Translations under genes and position numbers: made by a program | Part shown: in pieces, positions 39,214-48,584 of the stretch | Numbering within the stretch: position 1 is the first letter of the stretch | How the letters are laid out: every line of letters begins with the position of its first letter | The notes under the pieces: model-generated | Told to the model about the DNA's origin: nothing | The model's input: the letters and a program-made list of their open reading frames with translations, nothing else | Database searches by the model: none | Sequence record: SRR22947727_1968 | Direction: 5' to 3' (one strand) | DNA length: 64,000 nt

Positions 39214-40316
39214 AGATCACCCGCATTTCCGTTTTCCAAATCGATCTCCCGCTGGAACACCCCTATTGGCTTTCCGGTGGGCGGTTGAAATTCGAAGTAC
39301 TCGATGCGACGCTTGTGAAGATTGAGACAGATGCGGGCCTCACCGGCTGGGGTGAGGGCACGCCTTGGGGTCACACCTATGTGCCGGCACATGGGCCAGG
39401 CATTCGCGCGGGGATCGAAACAATGGCGCCGTTCATCCTAGGGATTGATCCGCGCCGCCTCTTGGAGGTCGAGCGCGCTATGGACCTTGCCTTACCCGGT
39501 CATCTCTATGCCAAAAGTCCAATCGACATGGCCTGCTGGGATATTGCCGGACAGGCCGCAGGTCTTCCGATCGCAGATTTAATGGGCGGTGGATCACGCA
39601 AGCCGCGGCCCATTGCGTCATCGGTTGGAGCAAAGACCGTGGAAGACACCAGAGCGGTCATCAATCGTTATCGCCAGCGTGGGTATATTGCGCATTCTGT
39701 CAAAATCGGAGGAAATGTTGCCCGCGATATTGCCCGCATCCGCGATGTCGAGGCGATCCGGCACGCCGATGAAATTGTGCTCTATGATGTCAATCGCGGC
39801 TGGACACGGCAACAGGCGCTTAGGGTTCTGTCTGCGACGGAAGATCTAAACGTCATGTTTGAGCAGCCCTGCGAAACCTTGGACGACATCGCCGCTATTT
39901 CAGGCAAACATGCCGCCCCCGTTTCCGTTGACGAGGCGCTTGTGACGCTGCAAGACGCAGCCCGCATTGCGCGTGATGGCCTCGCCGAGATCTTTGGCAT
40001 TAAGCTCAATCGCGTGGGTGGTTTGACCAAAGCGGCCCGTATGCGCGACATCGCACTCGCGCATGGGATTGATATGTTTGTCATGGCAACGGGCGGTTCG
40101 GTTCTGGCGGATACCGAAGCGCTGCATCTGGCCGCGACCATCCCCGATGCCAAATGCCATGCCGTCTGGGCCTGCCAAGATATGCTGACGGTCGACATTG
40201 CGGGGGGACGCGGTCCGCGCAACAAAGACGGCTATCTGCATTTACCAGAGGAGCCGGGGCTTGGCGTGCATCCTGATGAAGAGGCGCTGGGCGATCCCCG
40301 GGCTGTATACAGATGA
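39210..40316 (+). CDS. Enolase superfamily (MR/MLE subgroup) enzyme 1
   Basis: GWGE, SVK, metal ligands D-E-D (YDVN, EQP, VDE), IKLNRVGG and PGLG. Confidence 0.9.
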   Translation: MKITRISVFQIDLPLEHPYWLSGGRLKFEVLDATLVKIETDAGLTGWGEGTPWGHTYVPAHGPGIRAGIETMAPFILGIDPRRLLEVERAMDLALPGHLYAKSPIDMACWDIAGQAAGLPIADLMGGGSRKPRPIASSVGAKTVEDTRAVINRYRQRGYIAHSVKIGGNVARDIARIRDVEAIRHADEIVLYDVNRGWTRQQALRVLSATEDLNVMFEQPCETLDDIAAISGKHAAPVSVDEALVTLQDAARIARDGLAEIFGIKLNRVGGLTKAARMRDIALAHGIDMFVMATGGSVLADTEALHLAATIPDAKCHAVWACQDMLTVDIAGGRGPRNKDGYLHLPEEPGLGVHPDEEALGDPRAVYR

Positions 40317-41416
40317 AAGTAAATCGTATCTCATTATGGTCCATCGATCTCACCAGCCATGAAACCTACTACATGGCCGAAGGCAAAACCTGTGATACGG
40401 TCAAAACGCATGTCTTATGTCTCGACACGGACACGGGGCTAAAGGGTTGGGGGGAAGTCTGCCCAATCCCGCATTACCTGCCCGCCTTTGCCGATGGCCT
40501 TCCCAGTGCGATCACGGAAATGGCTGGCGAAATCCTGGGGGTTTCCCCTTTTGGTGCGGACGCGCCAATGCGCAAATTGGATGTGCATCTACAGGGTCAT
40601 TTTCACGCAAAATCCATCGTGGATATGGCGCTGTGGGATCTCTTTGGCAAAGCAACCCATCAACCGCTATATGCATTGCTTGGCGGGCGCACCCACGCCG
40701 ATATGCCGCTTTATCATTCGATTACCTGTATTGCAGCCGATGACATGGCACGAATTGCAGCCGAGGCTTTTGCCTCCGGAATCCGCCAATTTCAAGTCAA
40801 ACTCGGTGTTGATGCCGATTGGCAGGCCGATGCCGAGCGTTTGACAAAAGTCCGTGAAGCTGTCGGGGATGGCCCTTTGGTTTACGGCGACTGGAACTGT
40901 GGCGCAACGAAGTTGCAGGCAACCCGCACCGGCCGCGCGGTGTCACATCTCGATATTATGCTGGAGCAGCCATGCAAAACCCTAGAAGATTGCGCCGCTG
41001 TGCGGCAGGCGACCGGATTGCCTATGAAAATTGACGAGGGCGCCTATGATTTGGCCACATTGATGCGGGCAGCAGAGCTCGGCGTGCTCGACGCTGTGGC
41101 CCTAAAACTGTCCAAATTCGGCGGCCTCTCTGCACTGCGCCGCGCGCGGGATTTAACAGTGCATTTGGGCGCGGAAATATGCGCAGAATGCACTTGGGGA
41201 TCCGATATTGTGACCGCAGCGGCCCTGCATTTCGCAGCCTCGACCCCGCAAAGCGCGCTGCTCAATACCTGTGATCTATCTTCCTATGTTGGCCCCAGGA
41301 TTGCGCCAGATTGTCCAACCCGCATTAATGGCCGGATCGCGCCACCGGAGGGTCCGGGCCTTGGTGTGACGCCCGATCTCAACAGGCTTGGCGCGCCCAT
41401 TCTCGAATTGGAGTAA
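40313..41416 (+). CDS. Enolase superfamily (MR/MLE subgroup) enzyme 2
   Basis: GWGEVCP, FQVK, DWN/EQP/DE, LKLSKFGG and ECTWG. Confidence 0.9.
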   Translation: MKVNRISLWSIDLTSHETYYMAEGKTCDTVKTHVLCLDTDTGLKGWGEVCPIPHYLPAFADGLPSAITEMAGEILGVSPFGADAPMRKLDVHLQGHFHAKSIVDMALWDLFGKATHQPLYALLGGRTHADMPLYHSITCIAADDMARIAAEAFASGIRQFQVKLGVDADWQADAERLTKVREAVGDGPLVYGDWNCGATKLQATRTGRAVSHLDIMLEQPCKTLEDCAAVRQATGLPMKIDEGAYDLATLMRAAELGVLDAVALKLSKFGGLSALRRARDLTVHLGAEICAECTWGSDIVTAAALHFAASTPQSALLNTCDLSSYVGPRIAPDCPTRINGRIAPPEGPGLGVTPDLNRLGAPILELE

Positions 41417-41419
41417 CCC

Positions 41420-42697
41420 ATGCAAAACCTATCGACCCAAGATGAATGGATCGCCCGCGCCCGCGCCGTTTTCCCCGCGGGGGGCTTTGGAAACTTCGAT
41501 CCGGGCATCATAATCGCCCGTGGTGAGGGGAGCCATGTCTGGGACGAGAACGGCACGGATTACATCGACTATCTGATCGGCTCTGGACCGATGCTACTTG
41601 GCCATGGGCATCCCGAGGTGATCGAGGCCGTGTTGGAACAACTTCCCAAAGGCATGACCTTCTTTGCCAATAACGCCAAGGGCATCGAGCTGGCAGAGGC
41701 CATTGTCGAGGCGGTTCCTTGCTGTGAGCAGGTGCGTTTTGTCACCTCGGGTGGCGAGGCCGATATGTATGCCATCCGGTTGGCACGCGCCTATACAGGG
41801 CGCAATAAGATCTTGAAATTTGAAGGTGGATATCACGGGATGAGCGCCGAAGCACAGATGAGCCTCGCGCCCACAACCCTTGTGAATTTTCCGCAAGCCG
41901 TGCCCGACAGTGCCGGCATTCCGCCGGGCGTGGCAGATCAAATGTTGATCGCGCCCTTTAATGATTTGGCCGCGGTCGAGATGCTGCTTGCCGAAAACGA
42001 CGATATTGCAGCCATTATTGCAGAACCCTTGCAGCGGATCATTCCCGCGGCCCCCGGGTTCCTTCAGGGCCTGCGCGCGCTTTGCGACAGATATAGCGTC
42101 CTGCTGATTTTTGATGAAATCGTCACGGGGTTTCGGCTGGCCTATGGTGGTGCACAGGAACACTATGGCGTCACGCCCGATATCTGCACTTTGGGTAAAA
42201 TCATTGGAGGTGGCTTTCCTCTGGCTGCGCTTGGGGCCAGCGCCGAGATCATGCGGCATTTCAACAAATCCATCGTCGGCACGGACAAATGGCTGATGCA
42301 ATTGGGGACCCTATCGGGCAATCCGATTGCGGCGGCAGCCGGCCTCAAGACCATGGAAATTTTAAGGCGCGATGGCAGCTATAGCCGCCTGCGCGAGACT
42401 GGCCGCGCTTTGCAGCAGATGCAAAGCCGTGCCCTTGAGGGCGCAGGGATTGCGCATCAAATCTGCGGCGATGAGACCCTGTTCGACGTCTTCTTTACGA
42501 CAGGCCCTTGCCGGGACTATCGCAGCGCCAAACACGATGACCCGGCGCGAAATGCAACCTACAATGCCACACTGCGCCAGCATGGGATATTCAAGTCACC
42601 CGGCAAGCTTTACCCATCTCTTGCGATCACGCCAGTGGATCTTGAGAAGACCGAATATGCAATTGAACGGGCGGTCCAATCCATTGCCTTGACCTGA
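41420..42697 (+). CDS. Class III PLP aminotransferase (GSA-mutase-like)
   Basis: LLGHGHP, FEGGYHG, FDEIVTGFR and LGKIIGGG motifs. Confidence 0.9.
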   Translation: MQNLSTQDEWIARARAVFPAGGFGNFDPGIIIARGEGSHVWDENGTDYIDYLIGSGPMLLGHGHPEVIEAVLEQLPKGMTFFANNAKGIELAEAIVEAVPCCEQVRFVTSGGEADMYAIRLARAYTGRNKILKFEGGYHGMSAEAQMSLAPTTLVNFPQAVPDSAGIPPGVADQMLIAPFNDLAAVEMLLAENDDIAAIIAEPLQRIIPAAPGFLQGLRALCDRYSVLLIFDEIVTGFRLAYGGAQEHYGVTPDICTLGKIIGGGFPLAALGASAEIMRHFNKSIVGTDKWLMQLGTLSGNPIAAAAGLKTMEILRRDGSYSRLRETGRALQQMQSRALEGAGIAHQICGDETLFDVFFTTGPCRDYRSAKHDDPARNATYNATLRQHGIFKSPGKLYPSLAITPVDLEKTEYAIERAVQSIALT

Positions 42698-42734
42698 GCG
42701 CCCTCTGCGCTCCGCAAGCCAAGACCTCCCGCGT

Positions 42735-42752
42735 AAACGGATTTTTCCGTTT
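42735..42752. terminator. Hairpin between the convergent aminotransferase and tRNA-His
   Basis: AAACGGA-TTTT-TCCGTTT. Confidence 0.45.
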
Positions 42753-42811
42753 TCAGCGCGAAGTTGCGGATCAAAGACCCCGTGAGGACGCTGCGAAATG
42801 AGGGATGGGAA

Positions 42812-42888
42812 TGGTACCACCTCCTGGTCTCGAACCAGGGACCTCCTGATCCACAATCAGGCGCTCTAACCAACTGAGCTAAGGCGGC
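42812..42888 (-). tRNA. tRNA-His (GUG)
   Basis: GCCGCCTTAGCTCAGTTGG...CCTGA-TTGTGGA-TCAGG...GGTTCGA...AGGTGGTA-CCA; upstream promoter TTGCAT-N17-TAAATC. Confidence 0.97.
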
Positions 42889-43087
42889 ACTCAGAGCGAT
42901 TTAGCGGGGCTGCTGCGTGAATGCAAGGGCTCGCGTGTGCAATAAACGCCATCGGCCGAGCAAAATGCAAGAAAATGCACCTGCGGACCCGAGCGGAGGC
43001 TTGAACCTGCGTGAAAGCCGCCGGAAAGACCCTTGATCATATCTCAAAAGCCCCTTACCCCAAGGACATAGAGCGAAAGGCACACCC

Positions 43088-43276
43088 ATGGGCATCAACA
43101 CAGAAAAAGACATCGAAGCCAATTTGCAAATTGGCCCCACGGATCAAGGCATGGTTCGGATCTTCGTCACTGCCGGCGATGCTGAAATCCCGATGGACTT
43201 TGAAATTGACGAAGCCAATGATATTGCAGAAGAAATAATGGCCGCGGCCCGGGCAGCCGCAGCGGTGGCAAAATAG
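43088..43276 (+). CDS. Small conserved Rhodobacterales protein (DUF6324-like)
   Basis: MGINTEKDIEANLQIGPTDQGMVRI; upstream RpoH-like CTTGAT-N13-CCCCTTAC at 43032-43058. Confidence 0.7.
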   Translation: MGINTEKDIEANLQIGPTDQGMVRIFVTAGDAEIPMDFEIDEANDIAEEIMAAARAAAAVAK

Positions 43277-43288
43277 CCGCGATATCCG

Positions 43289-43753
43289 TCACGAGGAAGT
43301 GTTAAAGCGCGCCACGCCGGGGTCGCGACTGGCCTGTGCCCGTCTTGCGGCATGGCGAGCGAATTTTTGGATCATGACTTTGCGCCGGGCGGGTGCCAAC
43401 CTATGTTCCGGCCCCATGCGCAGGATCGCCGCATCATAGGCATCGGCCATAATGAGCCCCGTGTCACCGGGCAATATCTCACTGGGAAACTCTTGGTCGA
43501 CCGCCCAAAAATACCTGTCACACCACTGTAAATACTCTTGCCATTTATGGTCGGATTGAAAATCTGCGCGGGAAGATTTGCATTCGATAATCCATATCTC
43601 TCCCTTGGGTCCCAGCGCCATTACATCCACACGGCGACCTGGTGTTGGCACCAATTCTTCGACTGAAACAAAATCATAGCTCAGCAAATGGCGGCAAACG
43701 CCCCGCGCCAGAAGCTGGCCCGGCATCAGATTTGAAAGATTGCTTTCATCCAT
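43289..43753 (-). CDS. mmcB: MmcB-family DNA repair protein
   Basis: RRVDVMAL, IECKSS..DF..D.KW and CDRYFWAV motifs. Confidence 0.85.
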   Translation of the reverse strand: MDESNLSNLMPGQLLARGVCRHLLSYDFVSVEELVPTPGRRVDVMALGPKGEIWIIECKSSRADFQSDHKWQEYLQWCDRYFWAVDQEFPSEILPGDTGLIMADAYDAAILRMGPEHRLAPARRKVMIQKFARHAARRAQASRDPGVARFNTSS

Positions 43754-43836
43754 GCGCCATTTATGGACGAATGGGTAAGCGGCGCAAGGGCAAGCTGCCT
43801 ATTGCGCGCGGCCCAAACGCGGTTATCGTGACGGCC

Positions 43837-45339
43837 ATGAGACGCCGCAAAACCAGACAAGCGGCCGATTCGACGCACAGTTGGTCGGTCCTACGCCATC
43901 CTTTTGAGCCACAAAGTATGTTCTCTCAAGATCGCGTGGAGGCCATCCATCAAGCGGCCTTGGACGTCTTGCAAAACCTTGGAATAAAAGTGCTTTTGCC
44001 CGAAGCGATTGAGCTTTTCGCCAAACATGGCGCGGCCGTCTCTGGGGACATGCTGCGGATCGGCTCGGATATGGTGGAGGCCGCCCTGGCTTCTGCGCCA
44101 CAGTCCTTCACCCTGCATGCGCCCAACCCTGCACGCAATCTGCCGGTCGCGCCGGGACAGTTGATCTTTACCCCCGGCGGCGGTTGCCCCAATGTCAGCG
44201 ACGCCATCCGAGGCCGCAGGCCGGGTGATCTGGCGAGCTATCAAGATGCCGTGCGCTTAATGCAGAGCTTCGACGTCATCCACAAGCTCACCCCTGCGCC
44301 CGAACCGCAAGACATTCCAGTGCATTTGCGCCACTACGCAATGATGCAAACGCAAATGGGATTGGGAGATAAGGCCGTGACCGTCTATGGTCGGGGCCGG
44401 CAGCAGGTACAGGAGTGCTTTGAGATCATCCAAACCGCCCTGGGTCTCAGCGCTGCTGAATTTAGCGATGCGCCCTATTGCTCCACGGTCATTAATACCA
44501 ACTCGCCGCGCATGTTGGACAAGCCCATGGCGCAGGCATTGATCGACTTCGCTCGCGCCGGTCAAATGTGCATTGTCACGCCGTTTTGTTTGGCAGGGGC
44601 TATGGCTCCGATTACAATCGCCGGGGCTTTGACCTTGCAACATGCCGAGGCTTTGGCGGCCATTACGCTCAATCAACTCGCAAAACCGGGCGCTCCGGTG
44701 ATGTATGGCGGCTTTGGCTCGAACGTGGATATGAAATCGGGAGCGCCGAGTTTTGGCACGCCGGAACATATTCAAATGTCGATCGGCTCGGGACAATTGG
44801 CCCGTCACATCGGCCTGCCTTGGCGTTCAGCTGCTGGGGCGGCCGCCAACACCAATGATATGCAAGCCACCCATGAAACCGTCATGTCGCTCTGGGGCTG
44901 TCTTCAAGCCAATGCGACCATGGTCATCCATGCGGCAGGCTGGCTTGAAGGCGGGCTGACCTTTGGTTTTGAGAAATTCATCCAGGACATCGAAGCGCTG
45001 CAAGCCATTGCCCATCTGTGCAAACCTGTGGCCGCAGACGCAGCCGCAATCGGGCTTGACGCCATCGAGCAAGTGGCACCCGGCGGACATTTTTTCGAAA
45101 CAGATCAAACATTAAACAATTATAGCACAGCTTTTCTGGAGCCTATTAATGCGGATCTGTCAAATTTTGGCACTTGGCAAAAGAATGGCGCATTGACCGC
45201 CGAAGCCCGGGCCACGGCGAAATGGCAGGCAATCTTGCACGACTTTACCGCCCCGCCGGGTGCTCAGGAGCGGGTTGGCCGCGTGGAGGCAATGATCGCC
45301 CGGTTTACCCAAGCAGGCGGGGCACCGATTCTCGAGTGA
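43837..45339 (+). CDS. Non-pyrrolysine MttB-superfamily methyltransferase
   Basis: INTNSPR, GAMAPITIAG, DMKSGAPSFGTPE and HAAGWLEGG motifs. Confidence 0.9.
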   Translation: MRRRKTRQAADSTHSWSVLRHPFEPQSMFSQDRVEAIHQAALDVLQNLGIKVLLPEAIELFAKHGAAVSGDMLRIGSDMVEAALASAPQSFTLHAPNPARNLPVAPGQLIFTPGGGCPNVSDAIRGRRPGDLASYQDAVRLMQSFDVIHKLTPAPEPQDIPVHLRHYAMMQTQMGLGDKAVTVYGRGRQQVQECFEIIQTALGLSAAEFSDAPYCSTVINTNSPRMLDKPMAQALIDFARAGQMCIVTPFCLAGAMAPITIAGALTLQHAEALAAITLNQLAKPGAPVMYGGFGSNVDMKSGAPSFGTPEHIQMSIGSGQLARHIGLPWRSAAGAAANTNDMQATHETVMSLWGCLQANATMVIHAAGWLEGGLTFGFEKFIQDIEALQAIAHLCKPVAADAAAIGLDAIEQVAPGGHFFETDQTLNNYSTAFLEPINADLSNFGTWQKNGALTAEARATAKWQAILHDFTAPPGAQERVGRVEAMIARFTQAGGAPILE

Positions 45340-45377
45340 GCCCTTGCACAAGTTCGTGCAAAGGCCTATCTCAAACA

Positions 45378-45541
45378 GCGGCGGGTTCTGCCCTTCTCGA
45401 AAGCGGTCAAATTCCAGTGGCCATACGCAATCCGAGGGAGCTGGCTCTGATTGAACCCTGGTTCTTTTACCTGGCGCCCACCTGTACATACAGGTCCTCG
45501 GGAATTCAGTACCAACACGGTTGTTCTGGTGGGCCCGCCAC
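45378..45541 (+). ncRNA. ssrS: 6S RNA
   Basis: ~160-nt rod closed by GGCGGGTTCTGCC/GGTGGGCCCGCC; alphaproteobacterial-type blocks AGGGAGCTG and TGGCGCCCACCT; promoter TTGCAC-N17-TATCTC at 45344-45372. Confidence 0.78.
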
Positions 45542-45549
45542 GTCTTGCT

Positions 45550-47100
45550 TCAGAATGCACCGTCTTTTTGATCCTCAATCGGCTCCATCGTCAGTTCAAA
45601 ACTCGGCACCGCTTCGGTCAAATCATCAACCGCCAGAGCCCCACTTGGACGCGCCAGCCGGTTGCGCACAACCCATATGAGCCGGTTCTCTGCTCGGGTG
45701 ATCGCCACATAGGCCAACCGTTTCCAAAGCTGCGTGCCCGCCTCTGTTCGGTTCATGCGGGCGGCCACAAAAATATCTGGCGCAAACACCTGGACCGTAT
45801 CCCACTGCGAGCCCTGGGCCTTATGAATGGTCACCGCAGCCCCATGCAAAAAGGTGGCGCCCATGCGGGCGGCAAAGGGGATAAAGGGTTCTTCCTCATC
45901 GGGCATTTCAATCTTGACGATGCTGGCGGCGCTCAACTGCGGTTGCTCGGCACCGATGACATGCAGGCGCGAAAATCCCGGTTTGCGGCCCGGCCCAAGA
46001 TAGACCACCTGCGCCCCTTTGATCAGACCCCGCGCCTCCAAATCCAACCGCTTTTTGCGGTGCTTCAAAGGAAGCTCAATACCATCACAGATCAATGGCT
46101 CGCCCGGCAAGAGCTCCTCCATCGGGGCTTGATAGGCGCCGCGGAAGGCTTGAATGAGCTTGATCCGTGTCACGTTGCGCCACACCAGAACGGGCGAGCG
46201 CGCCATGAGGTCGGACTCAACCCTTTGACCGATCACCACCCGATCATCGCGCATCGACGCATCCCGCACCATCTGTTCAAAATCAGAAAACTGCAAAGAA
46301 GCATCGCCCAAAGCATGGGCCAGATCTAAGATCGGATTGTCTTGCGTCTGACGATGGACGCGGCTGAGCACCAAGCGGCGCTCCTCAGGCAAAGCGTCAA
46401 ACACCATCGCCCCCGATTGGTTCACAGGCGCCAATTGCGCCGGGTCGCCAAACAGAATCAATGTGGGGAAAATCTCTTTGAGATCTTCCAATTGCTGCGC
46501 ATCGAGCATGGAGCTCTCATCGACAAAGCCCACGTCCAAAGGCTCCTCGCGGCGCTTCCATCCGGTAATAAAGTCAGACCCCCGCAGCCCCGCCGCTGCC
46601 AAAGCGCCCGGAATAGACGCATTGGAGGTGAAGAAACTCAAGGCTCGATCCAATGCGAGGTCACTGACCCCCTCCACCTCTGGCCGGTCGCCATTTCCAC
46701 CGAGCCACTCTGCGATTTTTTCATACTCGGGATCATACATCGGCGTATAGAGAATGCGGTGGATGGTCGTCGCGGGTACACCTCTATTGCGCAATACGCT
46801 CGCAGCTTTGTTGGTGGGGGCCAGAATCGCCAAGGTCCGGCGGTCTTTGCGCGCGCGGGGTTCATAGTCTCCCGACACGATGTTCAGCCCCGCATCTTTC
46901 AACGCATGATACAGCTGCGCCAAAAGCAAGGTTTTGCCAGATCCGGCCTTGCCAATGACAGCGGCGATATTGTCTTTGCCCTCGCGCGGCGGGGTCACGA
47001 TCCCATTGGCCAGATCCACGCCCGCAGAGCGCAGAATATCACTGATGGTATCATAGGCCTGGGCCTGATCTTCGGAATAGGAAATTGGCGTCTGTGACAT
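45550..47100 (-). CDS. RecD-like SF1 helicase (AAA_30/UvrD-C)
   Basis: GKAGSGKT, APTNKAA, DESSM, GDPAQL, TIHKAQGS and YVAITRA motifs. Confidence 0.88.
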   Translation of the reverse strand: MSQTPISYSEDQAQAYDTISDILRSAGVDLANGIVTPPREGKDNIAAVIGKAGSGKTLLLAQLYHALKDAGLNIVSGDYEPRARKDRRTLAILAPTNKAASVLRNRGVPATTIHRILYTPMYDPEYEKIAEWLGGNGDRPEVEGVSDLALDRALSFFTSNASIPGALAAAGLRGSDFITGWKRREEPLDVGFVDESSMLDAQQLEDLKEIFPTLILFGDPAQLAPVNQSGAMVFDALPEERRLVLSRVHRQTQDNPILDLAHALGDASLQFSDFEQMVRDASMRDDRVVIGQRVESDLMARSPVLVWRNVTRIKLIQAFRGAYQAPMEELLPGEPLICDGIELPLKHRKKRLDLEARGLIKGAQVVYLGPGRKPGFSRLHVIGAEQPQLSAASIVKIEMPDEEEPFIPFAARMGATFLHGAAVTIHKAQGSQWDTVQVFAPDIFVAARMNRTEAGTQLWKRLAYVAITRAENRLIWVVRNRLARPSGALAVDDLTEAVPSFELTMEPIEDQKDGAF

Positions 47101-47190
47101 GCCTTTGTTTAGCCAATGGCTTGCCATGGGGCCAGAGCTATTGCGCGCACTCGGATGCCGGGAGCAAATTAATTGCCCCCGGCGGGTCTT

Positions 47191-48477
47191 TTACCGTGCA
47201 ACCGCAAGGGTCTCTTCAATCGTGCGCAGCCCGCGGCGGGGCGCTTGCACCAATACAGACATATTGCCCGGCAGATGCTCATTGCGGCGCATTTTCATAT
47301 GCGCTTCCGGCAGATCGTTCCAATCAAAGGTTTCAGACAAGCAAGGGTTAAGCTTGTCTTCACACATCAAGCGATTGGCCGCAGCCGCCTGCTTAAGGTT
47401 GGCAAAATGAGAGCCTTGAAGGCGTTTTTGATGCATCCACATATAGCGCACATCCAGGGTCAAATTGTAACCGGTCGTCCCTGCACAGATCACCACCATA
47501 CCGCCTTTTTTGCACACGAAGGTTGAGACAGGAAAGGTGCTTTCGCCGGGATGCTCAAACACCAGGTCGGGGTTGTTTCCCTTGCCTGTGATCTCCCAAA
47601 TCGCGGCACCGAACTTGCGAGCCTCTTTAAACCAAGTGGCGTATTCAGGGGTGTTGACCGTGGGCATTTGTCCCCAGCAATTGAAATCGCGGCGGTTGAT
47701 CACGCCTTTTGCGCCGAGCCCCATTACAAAATCACGTTTGCTTTCGTCACTGATGACACCAATCGCATTGGCACCAACCACATTGGCCAGCTGCACGGCA
47801 TAAGAGCCCAACCCGCCCGATGCACCCCAGATCAATACGTTTTGCCCCGGTTTCAGCTCATGCGGCGCATGACCAAAGAGCATTCGGTAGGCGGTGGCTA
47901 GGGTCAGCGTGTAGCAGGCGCTTTCTTCCCAGGTTTGATGCTTCGGACGCGGCATCAATTGTTGGCTTTGAACCCGAGTGAACTGGCTGAACGAGCCATC
48001 GGGGGTTTCATAGCCCCAAATGCGCTGTGAGGTCGAATACATCGGATCACCGCCATTGCATTCCTCGTCATCCCCATCATCTTGATTGCAATGGATCACG
48101 ACCTCATCGCCCAGTTTCCAACGGGTCACTTTTGAGCCCACAGCCCAGACGATGCCCGACGCGTCAGACCCCGCGATGTGATAGGGTTGCTTATGGCCAT
48201 CAAAGGGGCTGATTGGCACGCCCAAAGCGGCCCAAACTCCATTATAGTTAATACCAGCCGCCATCACCAAGACCAAAACGTCGTAACTGTCCAATTCAGG
48301 CACGTCCAAAACCTCTTGCAACATGGCCGTATCTGGCTCGCCATGACGCTCTCTGCGAATGGCCCAGCCATACATTTGTTTCGGAACATGACCCAAGGGC
48401 GGCATTTCGCCCATGTCATAGAGATCTTTTTTCTCCGCGGTATAGGCGGTCAAGGGTGAATTTGAATCCAATGGCAT
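47191..48477 (-). CDS. ccrA: Crotonyl-CoA carboxylase/reductase
   Basis: MAAGINYNGVWA, IWGYET and WMHQKRLQGSH motifs. Confidence 0.95.
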   Translation of the reverse strand: MPLDSNSPLTAYTAEKKDLYDMGEMPPLGHVPKQMYGWAIRRERHGEPDTAMLQEVLDVPELDSYDVLVLVMAAGINYNGVWAALGVPISPFDGHKQPYHIAGSDASGIVWAVGSKVTRWKLGDEVVIHCNQDDGDDEECNGGDPMYSTSQRIWGYETPDGSFSQFTRVQSQQLMPRPKHQTWEESACYTLTLATAYRMLFGHAPHELKPGQNVLIWGASGGLGSYAVQLANVVGANAIGVISDESKRDFVMGLGAKGVINRRDFNCWGQMPTVNTPEYATWFKEARKFGAAIWEITGKGNNPDLVFEHPGESTFPVSTFVCKKGGMVVICAGTTGYNLTLDVRYMWMHQKRLQGSHFANLKQAAAANRLMCEDKLNPCLSETFDWNDLPEAHMKMRRNEHLPGNMSVLVQAPRRGLRTIEETLAVAR

Positions 48478-48496
48478 GAGAAGCCCCTTACGATAT

Positions 48497-48510
48497 TGCT
48501 GCGATGCAGA
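48497..48510. promoter_or_regulatory. PhaR-like site upstream of ccr
   Basis: CTGC-GAT-GCAG; a related CCGC-GTT-GCAG lies before ecm at 49996-50009. Confidence 0.45.
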
Positions 48511-48584
48511 ATCAACCTGCACTTCAATGGATAAAATCCATCACGCAATATTGCAACCAATTTATGTATTAATTTGTAATTTAA

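Noticed and set aside
43754-43836. LexA box (GTTC-N7-GTTC) before mmcB
   Set aside because: No match found on either strand.
45366-47097. ORFs 45366-45578, 45451-46329 and 46342-47097
   Set aside because: They overlap the 6S RNA or are antisense to the helicase, and show no protein motifs.
48569-48584. Second CtrA box upstream of ccr
   Set aside because: Spacing is N8 within a generally AT-rich tract.
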